64,000 nucleotides of DNA from Obrimoposthia wandeli (taxonomy: Eukaryota): NCBI GenBank assembly GCA_977020255.1, contig CDROCS010002027.1:124001-188000 (forward strand). Reading direction: 5' to 3'. Positions within the stretch are counted from its first letter, which is position 1, and each line of letters starts with the position of its first letter. The notes beneath the pieces were generated by a model. That model was not told the origin of the DNA. It saw only the letters and a list, made by a program, of their open reading frames with translations, and ran no database searches. Both the position numbers and the translations under genes were made by a program. This document shows positions 50,168 to 60,188 of this stretch, piece by piece.

Positions 50168-51400
50168 ATGCCTTTCATCAAAAAATCCAAAAAGCTTAAT
50201 AACGTTTGTTACGATATTCGAGGGCCTGTGTTAGAAGAGGCCAAGCGCTTGGAAGAGGAAGGAGCAAAGATTATCAAGCTCAACATTGGCAACCCCGCAC
50301 CTTTTGATTTCAATGCGCCAGAAGAAATAATCCAAGATGTGATCCACAACCTTGCAAGCTCTCAAGGATACTGTGATGCAAAAGGCTTATATTCAGCGCG
50401 AAAAGCAATCATGCAAGAATGCCAAAAACTGAATATTAAAGGAGTAACAACTGAAGATATTTATATTGGGAACGGCGTATCGGAGCTGATTGTAATGTCT
50501 ATGCAAGGATTGCTCAACGATACCGATGAAATGCTTATCCCAGCACCTGATTATCCACTGTGGTCAGCAGCAGTAAGCCTAGCTGGAGGAAACCCAGTGC
50601 ATTACCAATGCGATGAAGAAAATGACTGGCTACCCAATCTTGAACATATGCGCCAATCTATTACGGATCGCACCAAAGGCATTGTTATTATTAATCCTAA
50701 CAACCCTACGGGAGCGGTTTACCCAGACCATGTTCTAGAGCAAATTATCAGCTTGGCTAGAGAGTTCAACTTATGCTTATTTGCTGACGAAATTTACGAT
50801 AAAATTTTGTATGACGAAATTCAACATACTCCCCTCGCCTCCCTGTGCGATGATTTACTCTGCCTCAGCTTTAATGGCCTATCAAAAGCTTATAGAGTAG
50901 CAGGGTTTCGTAGTGGTTGGTTAATTATTAGTGGACCCAAGGAATTGGCCAAGGATTATATTGAAGGTCTAGACATGCTATCTAACATGCGTTTGTGTGC
51001 GAATGTACCATCTCAGCACGCCATTCAAACTGCATTAGGCGGATACCAAAGCATTGCAGATTACACAATCCCTGGTGGCAGACTCTACCAACAACGTGAA
51101 CTAGCACATCGCTTGTTAACCGATATTAAAGGGGTCAGTTGTTATAAAGCAAAAGGCGCTTTGTATTTATTCCCCAAACTTGATCCTAACATCTACCCTA
51201 TCGTAAATGATGAAAAATTTGCTTTAGATTTACTAATAAAACATCACGTATTGATAGTGCAAGGGTCTGGATTTAACTTAGCAGATAATCAGCATTTTAG
51301 AATTGTTATTCTACCCAGAGAAGATGAGCTTAAAGAGGCGATTAGTCGCTTGTCTGATTTTTTACAGGCTTATAGGGAAAAGCAACAAGTAGCAGCTTAA
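50168..51400 (+). CDS. alaA: Glutamate-pyruvate aminotransferase AlaA
   Basis: KLNNVCYDIRGPV, LNIGNPAPF, INPNNPTGAVY, DEIYDK, NGLSKAYRVAGFRSGW. Confidence 0.92.
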   Translation: MPFIKKSKKLNNVCYDIRGPVLEEAKRLEEEGAKIIKLNIGNPAPFDFNAPEEIIQDVIHNLASSQGYCDAKGLYSARKAIMQECQKLNIKGVTTEDIYIGNGVSELIVMSMQGLLNDTDEMLIPAPDYPLWSAAVSLAGGNPVHYQCDEENDWLPNLEHMRQSITDRTKGIVIINPNNPTGAVYPDHVLEQIISLAREFNLCLFADEIYDKILYDEIQHTPLASLCDDLLCLSFNGLSKAYRVAGFRSGWLIISGPKELAKDYIEGLDMLSNMRLCANVPSQHAIQTALGGYQSIADYTIPGGRLYQQRELAHRLLTDIKGVSCYKAKGALYLFPKLDPNIYPIVNDEKFALDLLIKHHVLIVQGSGFNLADNQHFRIVILPREDELKEAISRLSDFLQAYREKQQVAA

Positions 51401-51469
51401 TGCTGTTGTGATATTGATCTTTTTAGAGAGAATTTCAAACAATTGAGTATCACACATAGAGTAATTAAA

Positions 51470-51507
51470 AGTGAGTAATACAAAAACCAAATCTTGTATT
51501 ACTCACT
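51470..51507. terminator. Long perfect hairpin between convergent alaA and ygiQ
   Basis: 14-bp arms AGTGAGTAATACAA / TTGTATTACTCACT around a 10-nt loop. Confidence 0.7.
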
Positions 51508-51550
51508 GCTTACTACGAAGTATCTAAGCTGGTATAAATCAATGGAGATT

Positions 51551-53836
51551 TTAGCTACGCTTGATTGATTTCTTACGTGTACTAGTTTTTTTCGAACTAC
51601 TCTTCTTTCTAGCCGTTGCAGCAGCTCTTGCAATCACCTTGCCAGCGCTATTTGTTGATTTTTTAGTTCCATTTTTACTATCAGTTGCATTATGTGAAGT
51701 ATTTTTACTTGCCTCCACCGAGTTTGTTGCACTCTTTACAGGACTAGCTGTTTTAGATCTTTGTACAAAATGATAGCCTTTTTTCTTTTCTTCAGCGGGA
51801 ACTAACTGCCAATCAGCCGTGCCGATCAAATCAGTCCGCCCCATATCTGTTAGTACGCCACGCAATCTATCCCAGTTTTCTTCATCGTGGTAGCGCAAGA
51901 GTGCTTTTTGAGTTCTACGCTGCTCGTATTCACGCGGGACATATAATTTCTCACTCTTATAAGAAACACGCTTTAACGGGTTTCTGCCGGAGTGATACAT
52001 AGCTGTTGCTAAAGACATTGGAGAAGGATAAAAGGTTTGAACCTGATCGACTCTAAACTTATTTTTCTTTAACCACAGCGATAAACTGAGCATATCGTCA
52101 TCTTCACAGCCTGGATGGGCTGCGATAAAGTAAGGAATTAAATACTGTTTTTTGCCAGCTTCTTTAGAATATTTATCAAACATTTTCTTAAAGGTATCAT
52201 AGGTCCCCATACCCGGCTTCATCATTTTATTTAAAGTGTTTTCTTCACTGTGCTCAGGCGCTATTTTTAAGTACCCTCCTACATGATGTGTTACTAACTC
52301 TTTAACATACTCTGGATCTTCAACCGCAAGATCATAACGCAGCCCAGACGCTATCGCTATCTTATGCACTCCAGGGATTTTTCTGGCTTCGCGATACAAC
52401 TTAGTTGTTTCACTATGATCGGTTACTAAGTTTTTACAAATAACCGGATAAACACAAGAAAGCTTACGACAAGAAGACTGAATTTCTTGGCTTTCACAGT
52501 TTAGATGGTACATGTTTGACGTAGGGCCACCTAAATCGGAGATCATGCCGGTAAAGCCTGGTACTTTATCACGTATTTCTTCAATTTCCTTTAAGACAGA
52601 CTCTCTAGACCTGCTTTGAATAACTCGCCCTTCATGCTCCGTTATAGAACAAAAAGTACAACCACCAAAACAGCCACGCATGATATTTACTGAAAAACGA
52701 ATCATGTCATAGGCAGGAATTTTTCGATTGCCATAAGATGGATGAGGAATACGCTGATACGGCAAACCAAAAACCGCATCCATTTCTTTCGTGGTTAGCG
52801 GAATAGGCGGCGGATTAGCCCAGATTTCTTTATTGCCGTGACGCTGCACTAATACTTTCGCATTGTGCGGGTTTGATTCTAAATGCAGTACGCGTGATGC
52901 ATGAGCATATAACGCAGAGTCTTTAGTTACCTTTTCAAAAGAAGGCAAGCGAATATAAGTTGTTTCTTTATCTAAACGCTGCTTACCTTTTAATGGCTCA
53001 GGAATAATCCTGATAGGCATAACGGTCACTTCTTGTGCGCCTTCCTTCTTAGCTGAAGCACACTTCTCTTTTTCCTCAATATATTCATAAGGATTAGGTA
53101 ACTCTTGAACATTACTTGACCAATCAATACGCGATGAATCGACTTCAATAAAACCTTCAGGAAGCATGTCACGAAGCACTACTGTACCGCGAATATCGGT
53201 TAAATCCTTAATATCCACGCCTTCTGCTAAAGCATGAGTAACATCTATAATAGCGCGCTCGGCATTGCCGTAGAGCAAGATATCGGCACCTGAATCAATC
53301 AAGACAGAGCGGCGTACTTTATTACTCCAATAATCATATTGAGCAATACGTCTAAGGCTTGCTTCTATGCCGCCAATAACAACAGGGACATCGTTGTATA
53401 ACTCTCTACAGCGTTGCGAGTAAACTATTACTGCACGATCAGGTCGCTTCCCTTCTGCCCCATCAACGGTATAAGCATCATCATGGCGTACTTTAAGATC
53501 AGCGGTATAGCGATTGATCATCGAATCCATATTGCCAGCGGTGATACCAAAATATAAATTTGGCTTACCTAAAGTATTAAAGTCGGCGGTGTTCTGCCAG
53601 TCAGGTTGTGAAATAATCCCAACTCTAAAGCCTTGCGCTTCTAGCGAGCGCCCCATCACAGCCATACCAAAACTTGGATGATCTATATAAGCGTCGCCTG
53701 TCACTAAAATAACATCGCAGCTATCCCAACCAAGCAAATCCATTTCTTGACGAGTGGTAGGTAGGAAATCGGCAGTACCGAAGCATTCAGCCCAATGAGG
53801 CTGTTTGGAAAAGAGGTATTCAGCTGTTCTGATCAT
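51551..53836 (-). CDS. ygiQ: YgiQ-family radical SAM protein
   Basis: [27 protein letters not shown] (CxxxCxxC), [10 protein letters not shown]; Lys/Ser-rich tail. Confidence 0.93.
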   Translation of the reverse strand: MIRTAEYLFSKQPHWAECFGTADFLPTTRQEMDLLGWDSCDVILVTGDAYIDHPSFGMAVMGRSLEAQGFRVGIISQPDWQNTADFNTLGKPNLYFGITAGNMDSMINRYTADLKVRHDDAYTVDGAEGKRPDRAVIVYSQRCRELYNDVPVVIGGIEASLRRIAQYDYWSNKVRRSVLIDSGADILLYGNAERAIIDVTHALAEGVDIKDLTDIRGTVVLRDMLPEGFIEVDSSRIDWSSNVQELPNPYEYIEEKEKCASAKKEGAQEVTVMPIRIIPEPLKGKQRLDKETTYIRLPSFEKVTKDSALYAHASRVLHLESNPHNAKVLVQRHGNKEIWANPPPIPLTTKEMDAVFGLPYQRIPHPSYGNRKIPAYDMIRFSVNIMRGCFGGCTFCSITEHEGRVIQSRSRESVLKEIEEIRDKVPGFTGMISDLGGPTSNMYHLNCESQEIQSSCRKLSCVYPVICKNLVTDHSETTKLYREARKIPGVHKIAIASGLRYDLAVEDPEYVKELVTHHVGGYLKIAPEHSEENTLNKMMKPGMGTYDTFKKMFDKYSKEAGKKQYLIPYFIAAHPGCEDDDMLSLSLWLKKNKFRVDQVQTFYPSPMSLATAMYHSGRNPLKRVSYKSEKLYVPREYEQRRTQKALLRYHDEENWDRLRGVLTDMGRTDLIGTADWQLVPAEEKKKGYHFVQRSKTASPVKSATNSVEASKNTSHNATDSKNGTKKSTNSAGKVIARAAATARKKSSSKKTSTRKKSIKRS

Positions 53837-54219
53837 TTAGAGTTACACATAATTGAAAATAAAGTATTACTCAACTTCCCTATCAAAACATTTAAGCTCG
53901 CTTAAAAGCCGCACTCAACTATTTGCCTCAGGGTCACTATCAAAGATAATTCATTCCAAAACAGCTAGTTACTTGTGTGTTAATTAAAGTAATAGGGGTA
54001 TATTGAGCAGATAAACTGAGAGCAGATATAATCTAGAACGCAGTAACAGCGCATTATCTCAAAATTTGCACGCTATGCCCACAACTATTCCCCTCGCTGG
54101 CATTTATATTTAATATAATTCATTTTTACCAGCACGCTATTGATTAATAAGCTAATCACTAGTAGTTGAATTACGCTGCTTATTATACAATCCAAGCAGT
54201 ATTTTTATTGAGTATAAAC

Positions 54220-55008
54220 ATGAACATCGTCTCAAATATTAGCTTATATACTGTACTGATGTGCAGCATTTTCATCACTCAAGTTTGCCAAGCTGAATCT
54301 GTCACTATTTTTGCGGCAGCATCACTGACTGAATCAATAGATCATATAGCCAAAAAATTCCAGCAACAGCATGCCATTAAAATAATCAAAGTTTATGCCG
54401 CATCCTCAACCTTAGCGAGACAAATTGCTAGAGGTGCACCTGCTGATTTATTTTTTAGCGCCAACCAACGCTGGATGCGGTATTTACAACAGCAAGATAA
54501 AATTCAACAAGAAACTCTGATCAATGCCTTAGAAAACCGTTTAGTTTTAGTCGCTCCGCTAAACAGCTCTGTCACGGCGATTAAAATTGATGCACAATTT
54601 AATTTAGCGAAACTGCTCAATGAAGATCGCTTAGCACTGGGGAATCCCGATCATGTACCCGTCGGTATTTATGCTAAACAGGCATTGGTAAATTTGAAGT
54701 TATGGCACAGTGTAAAAAGTAAACTTGCCATGTCAAGCAACACCCGTGCCGCATTAGCTTTTGTAGAAAGAGGCGCTACGCCATTAGGTATTGTTTATAG
54801 AACAGATGCCCAAGCTTCTGCTAAAGTTAAAGCAATTGCGGACATTCCAACCACTAGCCACGAAAAAATTCTATATCCATTGGCGCTAATGACCAATAAC
54901 AGCCAAAAAAAACCTGCTGCGAAAGTTTTTTATGATTACTTACGCTCTCCAGAGGCAGCTAACATATTTAAACAATACGGATTTGTTCCTTTAAATAATG
55001 CTAACTGA
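54220..55008 (+). CDS. modA: Molybdate ABC transporter periplasmic protein; start likely ATG 54220
   Basis: FAAASLT, AASSTLARQI, ADLFFSAN, GNPDHVPVGIYAKQAL, GIVYRTDA. Confidence 0.93.
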   Translation: MNIVSNISLYTVLMCSIFITQVCQAESVTIFAAASLTESIDHIAKKFQQQHAIKIIKVYAASSTLARQIARGAPADLFFSANQRWMRYLQQQDKIQQETLINALENRLVLVAPLNSSVTAIKIDAQFNLAKLLNEDRLALGNPDHVPVGIYAKQALVNLKLWHSVKSKLAMSSNTRAALAFVERGATPLGIVYRTDAQASAKVKAIADIPTTSHEKILYPLALMTNNSQKKPAAKVFYDYLRSPEAANIFKQYGFVPLNNAN

Positions 55009-55687
55009 ATTTGAATTATCAGCGATCACCCTCAGCTTAAAAGTTGCTTTTTTTGCCGTGACCACGAGCTTGCCAGTCGCTATATTTACCGCTTGGCTAT
55101 TAGCTAGGTGTCATTTTCGTGGCAAACCCTTACTGGATGCAATACTTCACCTCCCCTTAGTGTTACCGCCGGTCGTAATAGGTTACTTATTATTAGTCAG
55201 CTTCTCACCACAATCAGGTTTCGGGCTATTCCTTAAAAAATACTTTAATATCGATTTTAGTTTTAGCTGGCAAGGCGCTGCACTCGCTAGTGCAATAGTG
55301 TCATTTCCCCTAATGGTAAGAGCAATTCGCCTAAGCTTAGAAACCGTGGATAGAAAACTAGAACAGGCTGCCAGCACTTTAGGTGCTAATCGCTACAAAG
55401 TATTCATAACTATCACTTTACCTTTAATTACTCCAGGCATTTTAAGCGGGGTTATTTTAGCATTTGCGCGAAGCCTAGGAGAATTTGGCGCCACTATTAC
55501 CTTTGTTTCTAACATACCTGAAATCACTCGTACGATTCCGCTAGCTATGTATAGCTTTATTCAAACACCTGGTGCTGAAATGCAAGCATTAAGATTATGT
55601 ATTATAGCCGTTGGTATCGCTTTAATAGCTCTGATTGCTTCACATTGGCTAGAAACAAAAATGCGTCGCAAACTAACAGGCGATTAA
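54998..55687 (+). CDS. modB: Molybdate ABC transporter permease
   Basis: HLPLVLPPVVIGY, FPLMVRAIR, LAFARSLGEFGAT. Confidence 0.95.
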   Translation: MLTEFELSAITLSLKVAFFAVTTSLPVAIFTAWLLARCHFRGKPLLDAILHLPLVLPPVVIGYLLLVSFSPQSGFGLFLKKYFNIDFSFSWQGAALASAIVSFPLMVRAIRLSLETVDRKLEQAASTLGANRYKVFITITLPLITPGILSGVILAFARSLGEFGATITFVSNIPEITRTIPLAMYSFIQTPGAEMQALRLCIIAVGIALIALIASHWLETKMRRKLTGD

Positions 55688-55693
55688 TTAACG

Positions 55694-56785
55694 ATGAAAA
55701 TAAGCCTTCGCAAAACACTTAATAATTTTAAGCTAGAGATAGACACACAAATATCAGCGAGTGGCGTTTGCGCTATTTTTGGCCGCTCTGGCGCTGGAAA
55801 AACCAGTTTAATAAACATGATAGCAGGGATTGAACAGCCCAATTCTGGTCATATAAGCACTTTAGAGCACTGTTTTTTTGATAGCAAAAACAACATCAAT
55901 GTACCTGTTCACAAACGTAAAATAGGCTATGTATTTCAACAAGCACGCTTATTCCCACACTTAAGCGTTATGTCGAATTTAAAGTATGGCTACCAACAAG
56001 AAGATGATGACAAAGGTGAGTTTTTCCAACAAATAATTACTTTATTAGACATCCAAAATTTATTAACGCGCCACCCAAGCCAGCTATCAGGCGGTGAAAT
56101 GCAAAGAGTTGCTATAGGCCGAGCTTTACTTTGCAAACCTAAAATCCTGCTTATGGACGAACCACTAGCTGCTTTGGATTTACCCAGAAAACAAGAATTA
56201 CTCCCCTATCTTGAAAGGTTAAACAAGCTATTAAAAATACCCATTTTATACGTTACCCACTCCCTAGATGAAGTGTTGTTTTTAGCGGATGAAATACTTT
56301 TACTAGAACAGGGAAAAGTTATTTTGCAAGGAAGTTTAGAGTCCGTTTGGAACAGCAAGCAAATGCGCCCTTGGCTGAACCAAGATCGCCATTCTTCAAT
56401 AATGCATACTTTTGTAGCACGCCATCATCATCAATATTCGTTAACCGCTTTAGCTTTAAGTGATGATCAACAACTATGGGTTAAAACCATCAATCAAGAA
56501 ATCGACACATCGGTGAGGATTAGGATTTTTGCTAAAGACGTTTCCATCACGTTAAATAAAGCTGATAGCAATAAAACTAGCATGCGTAATATTTTGAAGA
56601 CTGAAATAAAAGATATCGTCATCGCGCAACAAGATGTACGTGTTAAGTTGGCCATAGGTGATAACATTCTTTGGGCTGAAATCACCTTATGGGCACTAGA
56701 AGATCTTAAATTAACTGTTCATCAGCAAGTATATGCGCAAATAAAAGGCGTTAGCATCAACAATAGCGATTGGGCGCTAGCCTAA
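55694..56785 (+). CDS. modC: Molybdate ABC transporter ATPase
   Basis: GRSGAGKT, IGYVFQQARLFPH, LSGGEMQRVAIGRAL; C-terminal TOBE region. Confidence 0.94.
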   Translation: MKISLRKTLNNFKLEIDTQISASGVCAIFGRSGAGKTSLINMIAGIEQPNSGHISTLEHCFFDSKNNINVPVHKRKIGYVFQQARLFPHLSVMSNLKYGYQQEDDDKGEFFQQIITLLDIQNLLTRHPSQLSGGEMQRVAIGRALLCKPKILLMDEPLAALDLPRKQELLPYLERLNKLLKIPILYVTHSLDEVLFLADEILLLEQGKVILQGSLESVWNSKQMRPWLNQDRHSSIMHTFVARHHHQYSLTALALSDDQQLWVKTINQEIDTSVRIRIFAKDVSITLNKADSNKTSMRNILKTEIKDIVIAQQDVRVKLAIGDNILWAEITLWALEDLKLTVHQQVYAQIKGVSINNSDWALA

Positions 56786-56823
56786 TAGCCCCGATTTTTA
56801 ATCATTGAAATTAGAATAGCGTG

Positions 56824-57339
56824 CTATCTCCAGCGTCGCTGACTACGACTAGAAACACCCGCCATTTTCACCAAACCTGCACGCGTATGCGCATGGCAAA
56901 CAGCAATCGCCAAAGCATCTGCCGCATCTTCTTGAGGCAAACCCGGTAGCTTCAATATTCTCGCAATCATATGCTGCACTTGAGATTTATCAGCTCCACC
57001 ATTGCCTACCACAGATTGTTTAACTTTACGCGCCGCGTATTCATACACTTCTAACGATTGCTGAGTTGCAGCAACGATAGCGGCGCCGCGTGCCTGTCCG
57101 AGCTTTAAAGCAGAATCCGCATTTTTAGACATAAATACCTGTTCAATAGCAAACTCTTGCGGGCAGTACATTTCAATCACCTGACTAACGCCTGCAAATA
57201 TCTGATTGAGCCTTTCTGCTAACTCTCCTTCTTTCATGCGAATGCAGCCACTGGCGATATATTCGTTTTTGCTGCCTATTGTATTAATAACTCCATAGCC
57301 CGTGATACGCGAGCCTGGATCAATCCCTAAAATAATCAT
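56824..57339 (-). CDS. ruvC: Holliday junction resolvase
   Basis: [37 protein letters not shown]. Confidence 0.96.
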   Translation of the reverse strand: MIILGIDPGSRITGYGVINTIGSKNEYIASGCIRMKEGELAERLNQIFAGVSQVIEMYCPQEFAIEQVFMSKNADSALKLGQARGAAIVAATQQSLEVYEYAARKVKQSVVGNGGADKSQVQHMIARILKLPGLPQEDAADALAIAVCHAHTRAGLVKMAGVSSRSQRRWR

Positions 57340-57381
57340 TTAATTCTAATATTCATTTAAGTCTAATAATCACAATACTTA

Positions 57382-58464
57382 TTACTCATTGAGGTACTTT
57401 CTTGGCACACGCTTGGTCACACCTGTAAACAAAGTATAAGGTATAGTTGATGCTGCAACAGCAACCTCATTAACTGACAACTGTGTTCCCCACATCTCCA
57501 CTTCAGACCCTATTTGAATATCTTTTAAGCCTGTCACATCAACCGTTACCATATCCATAGAGACTCTACCGGCAATTTTAGCTCTTTGCCCTGCTACTAT
57601 TATTGCAGAGCCATTGCTAATATGACGATCGTAGCCATCTGCATAACCAATGGCTATGGTCGCTATTGCACGGGGGCCTTTACACACATAACTTGCGGCG
57701 TAGCCTACTGCCCCATCGTTAGCCACTTCTTTCAATGCTATTACTTCGGTTTTAAACGTCATGGCCGGCTTTAGTTTATCTGCAAATTCTTGTGATTCTT
57801 CAAAGGGAGAGGCTCCATAGAGCATCAATCCAGATCTAATCCATTGGCGGTGAGCATTTTTTATAGATAATATTGAAGGTGAATTTGCTAGAGAATGCTC
57901 AGCTTCTAAACCTTCAACCGCTAAATCAAAAAAAGCAATTTGCTGTTCCGACATTACATTAGCTGGCTCATCGGCACACGCCATATGCGACATCCATACA
58001 ATATCGGCCACATTATCCATTTCCACTAATTGCTGATATACCGCACGTGCCTGCTCAGTTGTTAGCCCTAGCCTGTGCATACCTGAATCTATTTTAGGCC
58101 ACACATTTATCGGCTTAACCAAGCTAGCTTGGCGAATTAAATCTACTTGAAAAACTGAGTGCAATGCTGTCCAGAAATTATTCTCTGCAATGATAGGTAA
58201 TTCATCTGCGCTAAAAAAACCTTCTAGTAACAAAATGGGAGCCTTTATACCTGCCTCCCTTAACTCTAAAGCCTCTTCAATACAAGCAACTCCAAAAGCA
58301 TCAGCCAAAGGCTCTAACTTTTTTGCTACTTGTACAGCACCGTGCCCATAGGCATCGGCCTTAATAATTGCAACTGCTTTAGCCTCTTTTGCTAAAGACT
58401 TTGCCAGTTTGAAATTGAACTCTATTGCCGCCAAATCAATTACTGCTTGCGCTGCTCTTGCCAT
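57382..58464 (-). CDS. alr: Alanine racemase
   Basis: IKADAYGHG (PLP Lys), KIDSGMHRLG, SHMACAD, GYADGY, GRVSMDM. Confidence 0.95.
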   Translation of the reverse strand: MARAAQAVIDLAAIEFNFKLAKSLAKEAKAVAIIKADAYGHGAVQVAKKLEPLADAFGVACIEEALELREAGIKAPILLLEGFFSADELPIIAENNFWTALHSVFQVDLIRQASLVKPINVWPKIDSGMHRLGLTTEQARAVYQQLVEMDNVADIVWMSHMACADEPANVMSEQQIAFFDLAVEGLEAEHSLANSPSILSIKNAHRQWIRSGLMLYGASPFEESQEFADKLKPAMTFKTEVIALKEVANDGAVGYAASYVCKGPRAIATIAIGYADGYDRHISNGSAIIVAGQRAKIAGRVSMDMVTVDVTGLKDIQIGSEVEMWGTQLSVNEVAVAASTIPYTLFTGVTKRVPRKYLNE

Positions 58465-59460
58465 CTATTTTACATACCTTTATACAAATAATAATTATTA
58501 TTAGATTTCACACCTTAGTGTCAGGTATGAATCAAATTTCTATTCATCAATTTTAATCTAAATTTTGATAGCACTTAGAATATTTTTATCTTCGTCGTGC
58601 AAGGTGCTTTATTGCGTTACTTATATTTTACAAAATACAACTCTGACACACTATTAGTTAAATCTCTTGGTATCACTATCTTTAGTCTACAAAATAAATT
58701 TTTTATACTAAAAAAGCGGGATGCGCAAAACAATAACGCTTATTTCAATAGCAAATTTTACTACGTAATGTTAAAACACTCTATCAATTAACAACATGTA
58801 TTTTCTAAAACAAGAGCACAGAAACTGCTACCGGGTAACTGAGTAACGGATGCTATACAATCAATAGTGACAATAGCTTAAGCTTTCAGCATCGCCAGCT
58901 ACATCTATGATCAATTGATATATTCCCAACAAATAAAGGGAACATATTGTAAAGATATACTCATTTCTATTTATTAGGCTAAAATAAGGTAAAAAAAGAA
59001 CTATACTTTTTACATAGGGTCATAGTTTGTATTACTTATATTTTTCATATTTTACTATCTTGAAAACCTCATTTGAGACTATGATGAATATCAAAATTAA
59101 AGTAATAACTCTTTACGTGAATAAGCCAGCTTTCAGACGTTTAGTTACTTATTGGCAACACTATTAGAAAAACGTAATTAATTTAACAAAAAATCAGTGA
59201 TTTAGTTTAACTCATAGATCCAGCTAGCTAAGATAGTAAGTTAAGTCGTTTAAAAAGAACTTTATTTATCGAGGGCTTATATTTCTCAAGCAGCCACTAC
59301 AAGAAGCAATCTCTAGCATATTTAGCAGCTACTTATTGCAAAGCACAGGCAAGTTTTTTACTGTCTAATTAGTAGTAAACTGTTTCAGAAACCGCCTATC
59401 TAAGACTATAACTTTATTTTCGCTGCTGCGGATAAACATTTACTTTAACAGGAATCTGTA

Positions 59461-60159
59461 GTGTACAACAGCACACAAACTCAAAAAGGAAGTGGATCTG
59501 GTAATTTCAAATACAGCTTCATGCTGATTGTAATTATTATGATTAGTGTCCTGTTTGTTCCATTAATAGTAAAAAGCGAACCTGGCGTAAACTTAAGCTC
59601 AGCTTTTATAAAACAAATGGGCCAAAAATATGGTAATCGCGCCAAGCTTAGACTAAAAAGATGGCAAAAATTAATCAAAGATTTACGCGGCAAGAGTGAA
59701 AAAACCAAACTAAATAAAGTGAATGATTTTTTCAACAAAGTCAGATTTCTCGATGATATAAAACACTGGGGCGCAAATGATTATTGGGCAACTCCCGTTG
59801 AGTTCTTAGTGACCAATGGCGGAGACTGTGAAGATTTCACCATCGCAAAGTATTACACTCTCAAAGCACTAGGTGTTGATATCTCAAAAATGAGCATTGC
59901 CTATGTAAAAGCCTTAGATTATAACCAAGCACATATGGTACTTACCTATTACTCTTCACCTAAAGCCGAGCCTGTTATTTTAGATAATTTAATTCCACAA
60001 ATTAAAAAAGCTTCCAAAAGAAAAGACTTATTACACGTTTATAGCTTTAACGGCGACAACCTCTGGATCTCTAAAAAAGGACGCCGTGCTAAGTTAGTCG
60101 GCAGCTCGGATAAATTAGGGCCTTGGGTAAAACTACAAAAAAAATTAAAAACTCAATAA
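59461..60159 (+). CDS. lapG: Transglutaminase-like periplasmic cysteine protease
   Basis: DYWATPVEFL, GDCEDFTIAKY, AHMVLTYY, ILDNL (Cys-His-Asp triad); directly upstream of lapD. Confidence 0.9.
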   Translation: MYNSTQTQKGSGSGNFKYSFMLIVIIMISVLFVPLIVKSEPGVNLSSAFIKQMGQKYGNRAKLRLKRWQKLIKDLRGKSEKTKLNKVNDFFNKVRFLDDIKHWGANDYWATPVEFLVTNGGDCEDFTIAKYYTLKALGVDISKMSIAYVKALDYNQAHMVLTYYSSPKAEPVILDNLIPQIKKASKRKDLLHVYSFNGDNLWISKKGRRAKLVGSSDKLGPWVKLQKKLKTQ

Positions 60160-60188
60160 AAACTTTGTAAAAATTTCAGGAGATATGC

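Noticed and set aside
54060-54219. ModE box or Moco riboswitch upstream of modA
   Set aside because: No convincing TATATA-N-TATATA dyad with CG ends and no riboswitch core.
58597-58791. 64-aa ORF and possible riboswitch or FleQ site upstream of lapG
   Set aside because: AT-rich ORF without motifs; no match to c-di-GMP riboswitch cores or a GTCA-N6-TGAC FleQ dyad that I could support.
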